Assembly (NCBI GenBank): GCA_021160245.1
Contig: JAGHCW010000154.1
Span: 1-58,197 of the forward strand
Reading direction: 5' to 3'
DNA from: a bacterium
GTDB lineage: Bacteria; B130-G9
Length of the DNA: 58,197 bases
A model generated the notes under the pieces. The model searched no databases and had not been told where the DNA came from. It saw only the letters and a list, made by a program, of their open reading frames with translations. Positions within the stretch are counted from its first letter, which is position 1, and each line of letters starts with the position of its first letter. A program made the translations under genes and the position numbers. Shown here piece by piece: positions 1 through 9,729 of this stretch.

Positions 1-677
1 AGGAGTTGCTTGGGCTGAGGCAGCGTTTTGTGGTTGCGTTGGTCGGCAATCGGCATCTCAAGTGGCGTCGAGGCGTGGCTTTGGCGCGGGATATTTCGGT
101 TCCGATGCGTTTTGAGGCGGAGATCGTGAAGAGGCGGAACGGGCGTGAACGTTTGGAGAAGATTACGTTCGGGAGCGTTTTGGTTGAGTTACCTCGTATT
201 AAGGAGCAATTGCGGTTAGTGAAGGTGCAATTTAAGCGTGGGGGAACGCTCCTTTTGCTGACGAATGTTGAGATGAAGAACACGCTCAAAGATGTCTTAT
301 GGGTAGCACGAGCTTATGTTGCCAGGTGGCGTGTTGAGGAGGTGATACGTTTCATTAAACAGAGCTATAAGTTGAAAGATGTGCGATTACGCAGTTACAA
401 TGGGCTTCGCAATATGACGGCTTTGGTGATGGCTTGCGCGAGTTTCGTGAGCCTGCAACTCGGCCTTCAGGCGAAGCTTCAGATTCTGACGAGGAAGTTG
501 TTTTGCACCTCTCAGCGAGTTGGAGACATCATCAAGAACTTCAGGTATTACGCCATAGCGGACGGACTGAAGGAGACCTTACGCTCCTCAGCGAACCCCT
601 GGCGGGAGCCAAAGCCACCGTCCTCCCACCAGATGACCATCCTCCTGGCAGCACCCACAGGAGGCTCCCTCATGTGA
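1..677 (+). mobile_element. IS4-family DDE transposase, C-terminal part (5' end lies outside the window)
   Basis: The ORF reaches the left edge (track start 6 is probably not the true start). It contains LLLTN followed by YVARWRVEEVIRFIKQ, matching the Y-x2-R-W-x2-E-x6-K (YREK) signature of IS4-family transposases. Terminal inverted repeats cannot be verified without the other end. Confidence 0.85.
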
Positions 678-703
678 ATACGAAAATTCCTCAAGCGGAT
701 CGC

Positions 704-732
704 TTGACACGGGTGAGCGGGTTTGGCAAGTT
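704..732 (+). promoter_or_regulatory. Possible sigma70 promoter for tRNA-Pro
   Basis: Perfect TTGACA at 704-709, 17-nt spacer, then a weak -10 (TGg-CAAGTT), about 22 nt before the tRNA. Confidence 0.35.
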
Positions 733-754
733 TGTGGTTCTTGTAAATGAGCGT

Positions 755-831
<77 letters not shown>

Positions 832-951
832 TCTATAGCCGGCTTTCCAACGATTCTGGCTTCAGAAACATCCGATCGATGATCCCAAGGGTGTTTGCAA
901 GCAACATCTCTGCCGTTGGGGAATGGGGTCGGCGGCAAGAGGCAATCCCAT

Positions 952-2016
952 CTAGAGCCACTTTTTTCTGAAGAAATAGAACAGCATCCCAACCGCGACT
1001 ATTGCCATCGCAATCAGAGCAGCATAATAGCCAAAACTCCACTCAAGCTCCGGCATGAACTTGAAATTCATACCGTAGATACCGGCGATGAACGTCAGCG
1101 GAATGAATATCGTGGCAATGATGGTGAGGACTTTCATCACCTCATTCATCTTATTACTGACGATCGAGAGATACGTGTCAAGCATCCCAGAGAGTGAATC
1201 CCTGAATGACTCAACGGTATCGATGATCTGAATGATATGATCATTAGCGTCTCTTAGGAAAAGGCCTGTGGATTCTTCGACCAGAGCGCTCTCAAGCCGC
1301 TGAAACCCGCTAATAACCTCTCTTAACGGCCAGATGCACCGCCTGATAAACATGATTTCTCGCTTCGATCGCCAGATGCCTTGAAGCGTCTCCTTTGATG
1401 GTTCGTCAAGAAGCTGCTCCTCCAGTTTCTCGATATCCTCACCCATTCGCTCTAGAATTGTGAAGTAATGGTCAACGATGGTGTCAATTAGACAATAGGC
1501 GAGATAATCGGCGCCTTTGAGCCTGATACGTCCCTTGCCGAAGCGTATCCTGTTTCGGATGCTGTCGAATACGTCCCCTTGACGTTCCTGAAAGGACAGA
1601 ACGAATCTCTGCCCTAATATGATGCTGACCTGCTCGCTGATAACCTCGCCATCGCTTTCATTGAGATAGAGCATCTTCAGAACCACATAAATATAAGACT
1701 CGAATTCCTCCACCTTCGGATGTTGATGGATACTCACAATATCCTCGACGGTCAGTGAGTGCAGGTGGAGGCGCTCCGCAATCCGCTGGACGATCTCGGG
1801 CTTGTGAATGCCGTCCACATTGAGCCATCTGACAATCTCATCCTCAGGAAATGGGAAGCACTCTTTAGGACCATCTAATTCCCTTTCCTGAAATCGTGAC
1901 TCGTCATATTCAAATAGCCGGATCCGTACCTTCTCCGCCTCTCTCTCTCCAGTGTATATGGGAGTCCCAGGTGGCAATCCTATTGTCTCAGATGGCTCAT
2001 TGAATCGCTTGCGCAT
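952..2016 (-). CDS. corA: Magnesium/cobalt transporter CorA
   Basis: N-terminal GLPPGT, signature GIYGMNFKFMPEL between two C-terminal TM helices, basic tail FRKKWL, upstream GGAGG RBS. Confidence 0.95.
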   Translation of the reverse strand: MRKRFNEPSETIGLPPGTPIYTGEREAEKVRIRLFEYDESRFQERELDGPKECFPFPEDEIVRWLNVDGIHKPEIVQRIAERLHLHSLTVEDIVSIHQHPKVEEFESYIYVVLKMLYLNESDGEVISEQVSIILGQRFVLSFQERQGDVFDSIRNRIRFGKGRIRLKGADYLAYCLIDTIVDHYFTILERMGEDIEKLEEQLLDEPSKETLQGIWRSKREIMFIRRCIWPLREVISGFQRLESALVEESTGLFLRDANDHIIQIIDTVESFRDSLSGMLDTYLSIVSNKMNEVMKVLTIIATIFIPLTFIAGIYGMNFKFMPELEWSFGYYAALIAMAIVAVGMLFYFFRKKWL

Positions 2017-2145
2017 ACGAATCCTCCCATCAACAAAGACATGCTATTCGCAGACATGCTGCACTACGCCGCCAAAAGAATCCGCGAATAAGGCATTCGA
2101 CGCAAATACTAAACTGAGATTGGATGCCTGCAAATCCAGTAAGTA

Positions 2146-3375
2146 CTACTGCTGCCGCCACGAGTGGCCTAGAAAGGCGATACCATGCGACTTACCCTCG
2201 CCCTGAATGCGGAATGGATAATGAGGCGGATGAAAGTCGAATGCGTCATAAGGCGTAGTGCCACCCGGCTTGAATATCGCGGCCGAAACTTTGTAATAGC
2301 CCTCTAGTAGGGGAAGCGAACTATATCCAATCTCAAACGAGCCGCGACCGGGCGCAATCGGCCGAGTGGGATACTCGTCCCAAATCGTGTTCGTGCCATA
2401 GACGTAGATGTTGTCCTCACGCCAGATAGCAACGCCGAAGACCGGCGCCTCGCACGCAACGTCCGCCATGTAATCAACTCGAACGGACATGGCCTCGCCT
2501 ATCTTGAAAGAATTAGTGGGGCGGCCCTTTTCATCAAAAAGCGTTACCTTCTCAATCCTAATCGTCAGATCACCCCGTCGCCCGTGAATCTCGTCTTTCG
2601 CCTTATATCCATCCTTGCCTTTGAGTGTCGCGACGAAACCCTCCGCAACGTAAATGTCATACTCCCGCAGCACGTCCCGAACGGGGCCCATTGCCCTGAT
2701 CTCGCCCTTGTGCAACCAGACGCAACGATCACAGAGCCGCTCGATGGCCCCCAGGTTGTGCGAGACAAAGATGATCGACTTGCCCTCGTTCTTGAACTCA
2801 ATGATCTTGTTGAGCGACTTCTGCTGGAACGCCTCGTCACCTACAGCAAGCGCCTCGTCAATAATAAGCACGTCGGGATTGACGTGAACGGCAATGGCGA
2901 AGCCCAGGCGCACGTACATGCCGGATGAATAAGATTTGACCGGCATATCAATGAACTCCTCGAGCTCCGCAAAGCCCACAATCCGGTCGAAGCAGTCGTG
3001 TATCTGGCGCCTCTTCAGGCCGAGAATTGCACCGTTAAGATAGATATTCTCCCTGCCGGTCAATTCCGTGTGAAATCCGGCGCCGAGTTCCAGAAGGGCC
3101 GAGACGCGCCCATTGACGACAACCTGGCCCTCGTCTGGCTCAATAATCCCAGTCGCGAGCTTCAGGAGAGTGCTCTTTCCTGCCCCATTCTCGCCGATAA
3201 TGCCGACGACGGAGCCCTCGGGAATCGAGAGCGAAAGGTCCTTTAGCGCCCAGAAGTCGCGCCCCCGGCCCTCAACGCCCCCGCCAAAACTTAGAAGGAC
3301 AGACTTCAGGCTCGACGCATGGCCGCGCCGTAGAGTGTACTTCTCCGATACGCTGCAAAACTCAACTGCGTTCAA
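2146..3375 (-). CDS. wzt: Polysaccharide export ABC transporter ATP-binding subunit (Wzt/TagH type) with C-terminal Wzt_C-like domain
   Basis: FWALKD, Walker A GENGAGKST, ALLELGAGFHTELTGRENI, signature YSSGMYVRLGF, Walker B IIDEALAVGD, VSHN, plus a ~150-aa beta-rich C-terminal extension. Confidence 0.9.
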   Translation of the reverse strand: MNAVEFCSVSEKYTLRRGHASSLKSVLLSFGGGVEGRGRDFWALKDLSLSIPEGSVVGIIGENGAGKSTLLKLATGIIEPDEGQVVVNGRVSALLELGAGFHTELTGRENIYLNGAILGLKRRQIHDCFDRIVGFAELEEFIDMPVKSYSSGMYVRLGFAIAVHVNPDVLIIDEALAVGDEAFQQKSLNKIIEFKNEGKSIIFVSHNLGAIERLCDRCVWLHKGEIRAMGPVRDVLREYDIYVAEGFVATLKGKDGYKAKDEIHGRRGDLTIRIEKVTLFDEKGRPTNSFKIGEAMSVRVDYMADVACEAPVFGVAIWREDNIYVYGTNTIWDEYPTRPIAPGRGSFEIGYSSLPLLEGYYKVSAAIFKPGGTTPYDAFDFHPPHYPFRIQGEGKSHGIAFLGHSWRQQ

Positions 3376-3408
3376 AACGGCCTCGGAAAATCATCTGCGG
3401 CGGAACTA

Positions 3409-5565
3409 TTACTCATCGCTCAGCCATGTCGCGTCGCCCGCATAGTCGAAGAAGAGAGATTCGACCTCCGACAGGAATTCGAATTGTGTTCCGGGTGAGA
3501 CTACCGCCCCAAAAAAGGCGTAGGTACCGACTGGGATTGGATTTTCGATGACATATTCAAAGAAGTTGTATGGGCCAAACTCGCTTTGTGCAGCAAGAGT
3601 CAACCGAATCGGTTGAGGAACATCGGAGAAGCTCGGATAGAAAAGCAACGTATCATCCCAGGGAAACCTAGCCGCGACATAAATATCGACATCGAGTTCA
3701 TCCAGGTCGTTAATCAGAGAGCCAAAGAGCTTGACGGTCTGGCCGGTGTAGTACGTTGCCCTGTTTGAGCTCAGTTCTATAATCGGCTTTGCACTGCCCG
3801 AAATAGCAATGCTGTGATATTCTGACCAGGTCGATTCCGCGCCGTGCTCGTCTCCTGCAATCGCGCAGATGAAATATGTGTCAGCCCGCCTGTAATAGTG
3901 TGTAGCCGTCGCGGTACCCCAGCCGCTGTCGGAACCGTCTCCCCAGTCGAATAGAAACTCCACATCATCGCCCTCCGGGTCCTCCGCGCTTGTCGAGAAA
4001 ACATAAACTGCATCAACAAGCCCCTCATCCGGCCCGCTCGGAACAGTAGGCTGGCTCGGAGCCTGATTGGGCATCGTTATCACAATCGATGCGGCGTCCG
4101 ACCACGTCGATAGGCGCTCGCCGACGTCTCTAGCCCTCGCGATGACTTGAAACGTCCCCGGCGCCTCGTATGCGTGAGATCGCTGAGCTGCGCCCCAGTC
4201 CGTCAGCGCTCCGTCGCCCCAATTGAACATATACTCCATCTCGTCGCCGTCCGGGTCGTAGCTCGACGTTGAGAACTGGACGTTTTGGCCGATATAGGCT
4301 GCCACAGGCCCATTCGGCGGGGTCGGCTTGTACGGTGGTCTGTTACCCACTGAGATAACAATCGTGTGCGACTCGCTTAGTCCGGAGACGTTTCCATTCT
4401 CGTCCTTCGCCCTTGCCGCTACCCTATAAGTTCCAATCGACTCGTAGGTATGAGCCTGAATTGCGGGTCCCCAATCGGAGAGCGTCCCGTCGTCAAAATC
4501 GAACTGCAACAAGACATCATCGCCCTCCGGGTCCTCTGCGCTTGTCTCGAACTCAACCTCCACGCCACTATTACCCGTGTCTGGGGCATAAGGCGTACTC
4601 GGCATTGTCGGTGGCAAATTCGCCCCGTATCGATATTCACAGAGACCGTGATCGCGCGTCCCAAAGAGAACGTGCCCCCCACGGACAGCGGTCGATGTAA
4701 CGCACGCGTTTGCTACCTCAACGTCGAAATCAACTGCATAATCGCCGTCAAAGCGAGTAATTCCAGACCGCAGACCAAACCACCTGAAACCAAAGTCATC
4801 TATGACAATGGCCCTTGCGTCCGCATCGAATATCAAACTCGTCCGGTCCTCCCAATACCCATTATCATAGCTGCACAACCCGTTCGGAGTTCCGACCCAG
4901 ATAACTCCCGAGCGACAGGCGCCGAAGCCGTTGATATGGTCTGACATCAAAAGGGTGTTTGTCTGGTCAAAAACCGTCCACTCGTCATTGATAAGGATTG
5001 AGGCGCCGGCGTCCTTTGTGCCGACCCAGAGCTCACCATTTCCGCCGACCGACAGTGAGGTTATGCTGTCGGATGGGAGCCCGCTGCTTTCGACATCGAA
5101 AGTCTCCCAGGTTGCGCCGTCGAATGAGCATATTCCCCCGGCGTGTGTTCCGACCCAGACGAGATCATCAGGGCCGATAGCGATGGATACTACCCAGTCT
5201 TCTGCAAGGCCGGAATTCGCTGTTGTGAAGGACTCCCACTCGCCGCCATCAAGCATTGACAGCCCGACATCCGTCCCTATCCATATACGATTGCCAGAAT
5301 CGCAGGCAAGCGCCTTGATCCTGTCACTTAGCACCTCCGAGTTCGCTTTTGTGTACGTTGTCCAATTTACGCCATAAACCACCGAAAGGCCGGAAGCCTC
5401 GGTTCCGACGTAAATCCGGCCGTCTCCGTCCAATGTCACGGCAGTCAATCTATTGCTCGTTATGCCGCAGTTGCTAGTAGTATAGGAGTGCCAGCCCTGG
5501 CAGAGCGCCAGAGAGCCGGCAATGATGACTGCTAGAATGCAAACAAAAACCAATTGCCTCATCAC
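3409..5565 (-). CDS. Secreted protein: signal peptide, two-component-regulator-type beta-propeller, 3 PKD-like repeats, conserved ~120-aa C-terminal domain
   Basis: Hydrophobic N-terminus; repeated NSGL..D.V.(S/A)....D..WxGT..G units; three N.PP..P..P.GP...DP(E/D)GD....F.WGDG..(S/T).WG repeats; the tail aligns by eye with the tails of the four giant proteins at 30-58 kb; AGGAGG RBS at 5573-5578. Confidence 0.85.
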   Translation of the reverse strand: MMRQLVFVCILAVIIAGSLALCQGWHSYTTSNCGITSNRLTAVTLDGDGRIYVGTEASGLSVVYGVNWTTYTKANSEVLSDRIKALACDSGNRIWIGTDVGLSMLDGGEWESFTTANSGLAEDWVVSIAIGPDDLVWVGTHAGGICSFDGATWETFDVESSGLPSDSITSLSVGGNGELWVGTKDAGASILINDEWTVFDQTNTLLMSDHINGFGACRSGVIWVGTPNGLCSYDNGYWEDRTSLIFDADARAIVIDDFGFRWFGLRSGITRFDGDYAVDFDVEVANACVTSTAVRGGHVLFGTRDHGLCEYRYGANLPPTMPSTPYAPDTGNSGVEVEFETSAEDPEGDDVLLQFDFDDGTLSDWGPAIQAHTYESIGTYRVAARAKDENGNVSGLSESHTIVISVGNRPPYKPTPPNGPVAAYIGQNVQFSTSSYDPDGDEMEYMFNWGDGALTDWGAAQRSHAYEAPGTFQVIARARDVGERLSTWSDAASIVITMPNQAPSQPTVPSGPDEGLVDAVYVFSTSAEDPEGDDVEFLFDWGDGSDSGWGTATATHYYRRADTYFICAIAGDEHGAESTWSEYHSIAISGSAKPIIELSSNRATYYTGQTVKLFGSLINDLDELDVDIYVAARFPWDDTLLFYPSFSDVPQPIRLTLAAQSEFGPYNFFEYVIENPIPVGTYAFFGAVVSPGTQFEFLSEVESLFFDYAGDATWLSDE

Positions 5566-5688
5566 TTCTTACCCTCCTTATGTTCGAGAACCGAATCGCA
5601 TAGTAAAAAAACAAGAGAGCACAGGTTAATGATTCTATATCCACATACTATATGGAATCAAACACAAGCTGCAATCGCCGAAAAATCA

Positions 5689-5860
5689 GCTTGACGCCGG
5701 CGGCTCTGGCCTTTGGAGCGCAGTGGCTTGACGCGGCAACACAGTTGATCGATAAGCCGTAACTTAACAGTCCACGTTTTTCATGCTGACAAAGCAATCC
5801 ATTAAGAGTGGTGTCAAGCCACCACCAATGAAAGCGGCGTCAAGCCGCCCGCAGTCCGAA
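5689..5860. repeat. Cluster of degenerate REP-like palindromic units in inverted orientation
   Basis: Two GCTTGACGC cores (5689-5699; TTGGAGCGCAGTGGCTTGACGCGGC at 5713-5737) face two GTCAAGCC cores (5804-5823; AAAGCGGCGTCAAGCCGCCCGCAGTCCGAA at 5831-5860). All lie in non-coding sequence. Confidence 0.6.
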
Positions 5861-5952
5861 ATCGCTCTGCACATCAGGCTCAATCTGATCTTGCGGGACA
5901 ATCACCGACTCGGTGAAACGGCCAAACCGTGCGCAAATTGTTAAGACAGCGT

Positions 5953-7530
5953 CTAATCATCGTCCCGGCCAAATCCCCCGCCACCGGGTGTGCTGATGCT
6001 GATTATATCTCCCGCGCTCATATTGACCATTGCCTTCGATGGCAGCTCCCGGGCGACGCCACCTTTAATCAGCATGTTCGCGCCTCGCTTGCCCGGCTCG
6101 CCGCCGTTGAGGCCATAAGGCGCGAAGACACGGCGCTCCGAGATGATCGAGGCGCTCATCTCGCAGAGCGATTCGATCTCGCGGATTGTGCCGTCTCCGC
6201 CTTTGAATCTCCCGGCGCCACCGGAGCCTTTGCGGATTGCGTAGCGTCGGACCCTTAGAGGAAAGGCTCTCTCCAGGGCCTCAATTGGGGTGTTCATCGT
6301 ATTTGTCATGTGAGTGTGAACCGCGGAATCGCCATCAATGCCAGGACAGGCGCCCATTCCGCCGCCAATCGTCTCGTAATAGGCGAAACACTCACCGGTT
6401 TCGGGGATTGTCCCGCCAAGCGTGAGGTTGTTCATTGAGCCGCATGACGCCGCTGGTATGCGGTCTGGGAGCGCTTCCTGAATCGCCCCGAGGACGACGT
6501 CAACGATTCTCTGCGAGGTCTCAACGTTCCCGGCGGATACGGCAGATGGAAACTGCGCGTTCAGCACGCTACCCTCCTCGGCAATGACCCTCACCGGACG
6601 CATTCCGCCCGCATTGAACGGAATGTCGAGATTCACAAGGCATCTTACAACGTAATAGACCGCCGATGTCGTCACGGCCATGTTGGCGTTGACGCTGCCC
6701 TGAACCTGAGGGCTGCTCCCTGAAAAATCGACAGTCAGCTCTTCCCCGTTCACTTCAACTGCGACGCGAATTAGCACCGACTCAGTTGAGACGCCGTCGT
6801 CATCAAGGAAGTCCTCGAACTCATATCGACCATCCGGTATCCCCCCGATCGCGACTCTCGTCGCTTTCTCAGAATAATCCTGAAGCGCCTCCGCATGCGC
6901 CATCATACTGAGTCGCCCATGCCGCGCCTCGATCTCGCAAAGCCGCTTGATGCCTACTCTAATGGAGCCTATTTGGGCCTCGATGTCCCCAAGTCGCTCA
7001 TTTGGCGTTCTCACATTTGCGAGAAACACGGATAGCGCATCCTCCTGCAGGACTCCACTGCGAACGAGGTGAACCGGCGGAATTCGGATGCCCTCTTGAT
7101 GAATGTCAGTCGCAACGAGCATGGAGCCCAGCATCGCGCCGCCGACGTCTGAATGATGCGCCCGATTGGCAACGTAAAACTCCGGGACCTCCGTATTATC
7201 GATGAATGCAGCTCCCACAAGCGTAATGTCCGGAAGATGGCTGCCACCGCAATAGGGATCGTTCAGCATCACTATGTCGCCAGCGGCCATTGGCTTCCTC
7301 GCAATCGCCGCTTTGACCGAGGCGGGCGTTGCGCCGAGATGAACCGGTATATGAGCCGCTTGAGCAACCATATCGCCTGATGAATCAAAGACCGCTGCAG
7401 ACAAGTCCCTCCGCTCTTTGATATTGGGCGAGAAAGCAGTGCGCAAGAGCGACTCGCCCATCTCCTCTGCGACGGAGGAGAAGAGATTCCGAAAGATGGT
7501 GAGTGATATCGGGTCAATCTCAATGGTCAT
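5953..7530 (-). CDS. hyuB: Hydantoinase B / 5-oxoprolinase family protein
   Basis: Motifs EEMG..L.RTAFSPNIKERRD.S, AHIPVHLG, NDPY.GGSHLPD, RAHHSDVGG, GNVETSQR, YYETIGGG.GA, HTHMTNT.NTP.E and TPGGGGFG. Confidence 0.93.
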   Translation of the reverse strand: MTIEIDPISLTIFRNLFSSVAEEMGESLLRTAFSPNIKERRDLSAAVFDSSGDMVAQAAHIPVHLGATPASVKAAIARKPMAAGDIVMLNDPYCGGSHLPDITLVGAAFIDNTEVPEFYVANRAHHSDVGGAMLGSMLVATDIHQEGIRIPPVHLVRSGVLQEDALSVFLANVRTPNERLGDIEAQIGSIRVGIKRLCEIEARHGRLSMMAHAEALQDYSEKATRVAIGGIPDGRYEFEDFLDDDGVSTESVLIRVAVEVNGEELTVDFSGSSPQVQGSVNANMAVTTSAVYYVVRCLVNLDIPFNAGGMRPVRVIAEEGSVLNAQFPSAVSAGNVETSQRIVDVVLGAIQEALPDRIPAASCGSMNNLTLGGTIPETGECFAYYETIGGGMGACPGIDGDSAVHTHMTNTMNTPIEALERAFPLRVRRYAIRKGSGGAGRFKGGDGTIREIESLCEMSASIISERRVFAPYGLNGGEPGKRGANMLIKGGVARELPSKAMVNMSAGDIISISTPGGGGFGRDDD

Positions 7531-7699
7531 AATTTAGCATAATATCAAATGATGCCGCCGCGTCTATCACATGTTTTGGAGGAGACTTCGCAGAAGAGGG
7601 GAGCTCATCGCGTGTCTCCTCTTGCGTCATCTTTGATTTCTGAATATGGTAGAATAGTTCGGAATGTCCGAATTGGGATGTTAACAGGAGGGAATTGGC

Positions 7700-8773
7700 A
7701 TGACAGAAACCGGGGCCCATGAATCGGTCTCACTTGAGCAGCTTCTTAGAACGATGCTCAAAAGAGGAGGGTCTGATCTTCATATTGTCCCGGGAACGCC
7801 GCCCAGTCTGCGGATTGAGGGTAAGATAGAATCTCTGTCCATGGCGCCGTTTGGAACGCTTGAGTCCGAGCAGATGTGTTTTGGGATCCTGAACGATGAC
7901 CAGAGGGCGAGATTCGACAGCAATAAGTCTATCAACATCAGCTTCGGCATCGCGGGTCTTGCGCGATTCAGAGCATGGCTCTACAGGCAGAAAGGAAGCG
8001 TCTGCGGGGCATTCACCGAGATCATCAAGGACACAATCGCGGCAGAGAAACTATCTCTTCCTTCGACTTTCTTTGAAATGCTCGATAGGAAATCGGGATT
8101 GCTGCTTATCACCGGGCCTCCGGGCTCTGGCAAGACAACCGTTTGGGCGTCGGCGATAGACTTCCTCAATACACGGAAGAGCCTACACATAAGGACGATC
8201 CAGGATCCGATTTGCGTGCTCTTTCAGCACAAGAAGAGTATTGTAACGCAGGTTGAGATCGCCTCCGACTCACCGTCGCTGAAGCAGGCTCTTGCTGACT
8301 GTCTAGAGCACGATTTGGATGTTGTGGGGGTCTCTGACGTCGGCTCTTATGACGCTTTAGTCGGCTGTTTGCAGCTCGTCGAATGCGGCGCGCTGGTGAT
8401 TGCCTCCGCGCAAGCGCCAAGCTGTCAATCCTGCGTCAACATACTCATCGACCACGCGCCTCCAGGCCGCCGGTCGGCTGTGCGCAACTCCCTCGCCCGT
8501 AATCTTGCGGGCATCACTTGCCAACATCTTGTGCCAAAGAGAGACGGCCAGGGGCGTTCTCTGGCGATGGAAATGCTGGTCGGAACTCCCGACGTTCAGC
8601 AGATGATAAGGAATGATACGCCGATGCTGTTTTCTCTCATGCAGAGCGGAACAGACGGAATGCAGACGAAAGACCAGGCGATTCTGAGCCTATACAAGGA
8701 GAATGCAATCGACTACGGGACTGCTTTTGACCTTATGGACGACCTGGGCCCCCTCTTAAAGGCGAACAAATAA
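7700..8773 (+). CDS. pilT: PilT/PilU-family type IV pilus ATPase homolog with degenerate catalytic motifs
   Basis: N-domain GSDLHI..G.PP.LRI.G and RFR; Walker A GPPGSGKTT; C-terminal GMQT.DQ. The Asp box, Walker B and His box are altered (see findings). Confidence 0.85.
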   Translation: MTETGAHESVSLEQLLRTMLKRGGSDLHIVPGTPPSLRIEGKIESLSMAPFGTLESEQMCFGILNDDQRARFDSNKSINISFGIAGLARFRAWLYRQKGSVCGAFTEIIKDTIAAEKLSLPSTFFEMLDRKSGLLLITGPPGSGKTTVWASAIDFLNTRKSLHIRTIQDPICVLFQHKKSIVTQVEIASDSPSLKQALADCLEHDLDVVGVSDVGSYDALVGCLQLVECGALVIASAQAPSCQSCVNILIDHAPPGRRSAVRNSLARNLAGITCQHLVPKRDGQGRSLAMEMLVGTPDVQQMIRNDTPMLFSLMQSGTDGMQTKDQAILSLYKENAIDYGTAFDLMDDLGPLLKANK

Positions 8774-8792
8774 CACAATTCCAGAATAGCGC

Positions 8793-8821
8793 TTGACCGT
8801 TCAAAGCTACACATTTAGTAT
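8793..8821 (+). promoter_or_regulatory. Possible sigma70 promoter for the DUF502 gene
   Basis: TTGACC-17 nt-TAGTAT in an AT-rich spacer about 40 nt upstream of the ATG. Confidence 0.4.
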
Positions 8822-8861
8822 TATTAACTGGAGCAAGCACAAAGTGAGGGCACGGTAGCGA

Positions 8862-9581
8862 ATGAAACCGGTTAAGGGGAGAATCCGCAGGACCTTCGTC
8901 GCGGGTCTTTTGGTTCTAATACCAATATCGATAACCTTCTTCTTGGTCTTCACGCTGGTTCAATGGACAGATGGCCTTCTGGAACTCGCGCTGCCGCTTC
9001 CGCGAGTTGTTGCGCTGCCCGGCTTGGGTCTCATTGTGCTGATGGCTCTGATATTCGCCGTAGGCCTCGTCGCGACGAATTTCATGGGCAAAAAGATCGT
9101 CGCGTTCGGCGAACGTATCCTGACCAGCATCCCCGTAATCAGGAGTGTCTATGTTGGCGCAAAAACGCTCGTTGAGGCATTCTCAATTCCCTCGATGTCC
9201 GCGTTTAGGCAGGTTGTTCTAATCGAGTACCCCCGCCGCGGAATGTGGGTCTTGGGCTTCGTCACAAGAAGCGTAAGCGAGGACGGCACTGGCATCGCCG
9301 GCGGAGGCAAGCTCAACATCTTCATTCCAACATCGCCGAATCCCACATCAGGCATGGTCGTGGTTATCCCGACTGACGAGGCGATATTTCTTGACCTATC
9401 GGTGAGAGAGGCCATAGAGTTCATTGTGTCAGGAGGCGTTTTGTCTCCAGCGGGTCAACCGTCGGAATCAGGAGCTCCTGACCGTATAGAACCGCTGCCC
9501 TGGCCCGAGCGCTCCGTGTTTGGCGGGCTGGCTGGAAGAGCTGAATCAAAGGTGAATCTGCCGGACCCCAGGGCTATCTAA
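8862..9581 (+). CDS. DUF502 family membrane protein
   Basis: F.AGLLVL.P...T, two TM segments, IP.IRSVY...K, VVLIEYPR.G.W.LGFVT, FIPTSPNPTSG, FIVSGG. Confidence 0.9.
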   Translation: MKPVKGRIRRTFVAGLLVLIPISITFFLVFTLVQWTDGLLELALPLPRVVALPGLGLIVLMALIFAVGLVATNFMGKKIVAFGERILTSIPVIRSVYVGAKTLVEAFSIPSMSAFRQVVLIEYPRRGMWVLGFVTRSVSEDGTGIAGGGKLNIFIPTSPNPTSGMVVVIPTDEAIFLDLSVREAIEFIVSGGVLSPAGQPSESGAPDRIEPLPWPERSVFGGLAGRAESKVNLPDPRAI

Positions 9582-9729
9582 TTGGCCTCAAGATTCGGAA
9601 TGTACAAGTCCGCGAATTGATATTTTGAGAATAGCAACACATTTACTGGAGCTAGCTATCAGGAGCGCTTGTATAGCTTATGAATCTGCTGCAATAACAA
9701 GAATAAGCACATAAAATAGGGGATTAGAT

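Noticed and set aside
5689-5860. CRISPR array
   Set aside because: The units are inverted, degenerate and irregularly spaced, and there are no cas genes in the window.
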